DNA of 64,000 bases from Selaginella moellendorffii (taxonomy: Eukaryota; Plantae; Lycopodiophyta): NCBI RefSeq assembly GCF_000143415.4, contig NW_003314276.1, positions 645,630 through 709,629 of the forward strand, written 5' to 3'. Shown one piece after another: positions 63,101 through 64,000 of this stretch. The number at the start of each line of letters is the position of its first letter. The stretch's first letter is position 1. Below the pieces are notes generated by a model that was given only the letters and a program-made list of their open reading frames with translations, was not told where the DNA came from and did not search any database. Position numbers and translations under genes: made by a program.

Positions 63101-64000
63101 ACCATGCCCCGCAAGAGGTCCGTCATGACACTCTTCTAAGGCTACCTTCTTTAGTTCCCCTTCTGGAATATACATCCTTGTCTATTTATAATAGATGAGT
63201 CCATTGTGTTCCGTATAGCTTGTTTTCTCTTCCGTTGGCAGCTCACCTCTTTGGTGAGCTTCCCGTGCCTCTCGGTTCCTTAGCAACACTTCTTGTGCTA
63301 GACTATCATTCTCATATACTGTCCGCACATCATCCCAAAAGGTTGCTGTCGTGCTGGATATTGCCAACTTTAAGTTTGCTTTTCGACTTAGAGCATCTGC
63401 CATGATATTGCTCTTCCCAGGCTTGTATAGAATCTCGCAATCAAACTCGGCCAAAGCATTGGCCCACCGACCTTGTTTCCCTCTTAGGTCGGGCTGTGAT
63501 AAGAAGGGTTTTATTGCCACATTGTCTGTGTAAACTTTGAAGTGCCTCCCAAGGTAGTGTCACCACTCCTTGAGTGCCTTGACCACCGCAAATAATTCCT
63601 TCCCATGGGTAGGCCACTTTCGCTGAGCCTTGTCCAACTTCTTCAAGAAGAATTTCACTGGGTGGTTGTTTTGTTTCAAAACTGCGCCCAATGCAAAGTC
63701 TGAAGCATTCGTTTCTACCTCAAAGGCTTTACCAAAGTTGGGTAACACTAACATGGGGGTCTTCCTCAACTTCCATTTTAGATGGACAAATGCACCTCAC
63801 ATTTTGCTATTCATACCATCTTCCCCTTACTCGTTTGGTTTGTTAAGGGTAGGGCTACTTTCAAATAGTGTTTGATAAACTTTTGATAGTAGTTGCATAG
63901 CCCCAAGAATGCCCTCAACTTATGTACATTTGATGGTCGCTCCCATTTTCTAGATCGCTTGGACCTTCTCAGGGTCCACTTTGAGCCCATCCTTGCCCAC
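60121..64000 (-). mobile_element. Ty3/gypsy chromovirus, 3' portion (RT end, RNase H, integrase, chromodomain, PPT, 3' LTR 60121-61374)
   Basis: [63 protein letters not shown]; chromodomain-like EFHMKWKRFPHCEAILKPEENL (~61840-61920); purine-rich tract gggtggtggagt precedes TGTAAGGAAC. Confidence 0.92.
61021..61295. repeat. Degenerate 6/12-bp tandem repeat (tcggac/tcgatc) inside the LTR
   Basis: tcggactcgatctcggacctgacttcggactcggtc... Confidence 0.85.

Overview
Land-plant nuclear DNA. Short 44-117 nt introns, PLS-type PPR relics and GC-rich exons suggest Selaginella; this is inference only. Bases 1-~48.1 kb form a nested tandem array of eight intronless DAD1-like/PLA1-I class-3 lipase genes on the - strand: 7 intact 441-aa ORFs and 1 with a nonsense codon. 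Higher-order units carry 3, 2 and 3 lipases, and a fourth unit is cut by an assembly gap. The spacers are mosaics of intron-containing fragments of unrelated genes that the ORF track misses: an SLC25A44-like mitochondrial carrier, a PLS-PPR, the BRF1 (TFIIIB) TBP-binding exons and an unidentified multi-exon gene. They are joined by palindromic AT-rich modules. After the gap come a rearranged Ty1/copia element (integrase deleted, internal inversion, TA...TA LTR) inserted in a longer BRF1 pseudogene, a second BRF1 fragment, an old full-length Ty3/gypsy element, and the 3' part of a chromovirus whose LTR has ~125-bp terminal inverted repeats. All translations and alignments were done by eye; no searches were run.
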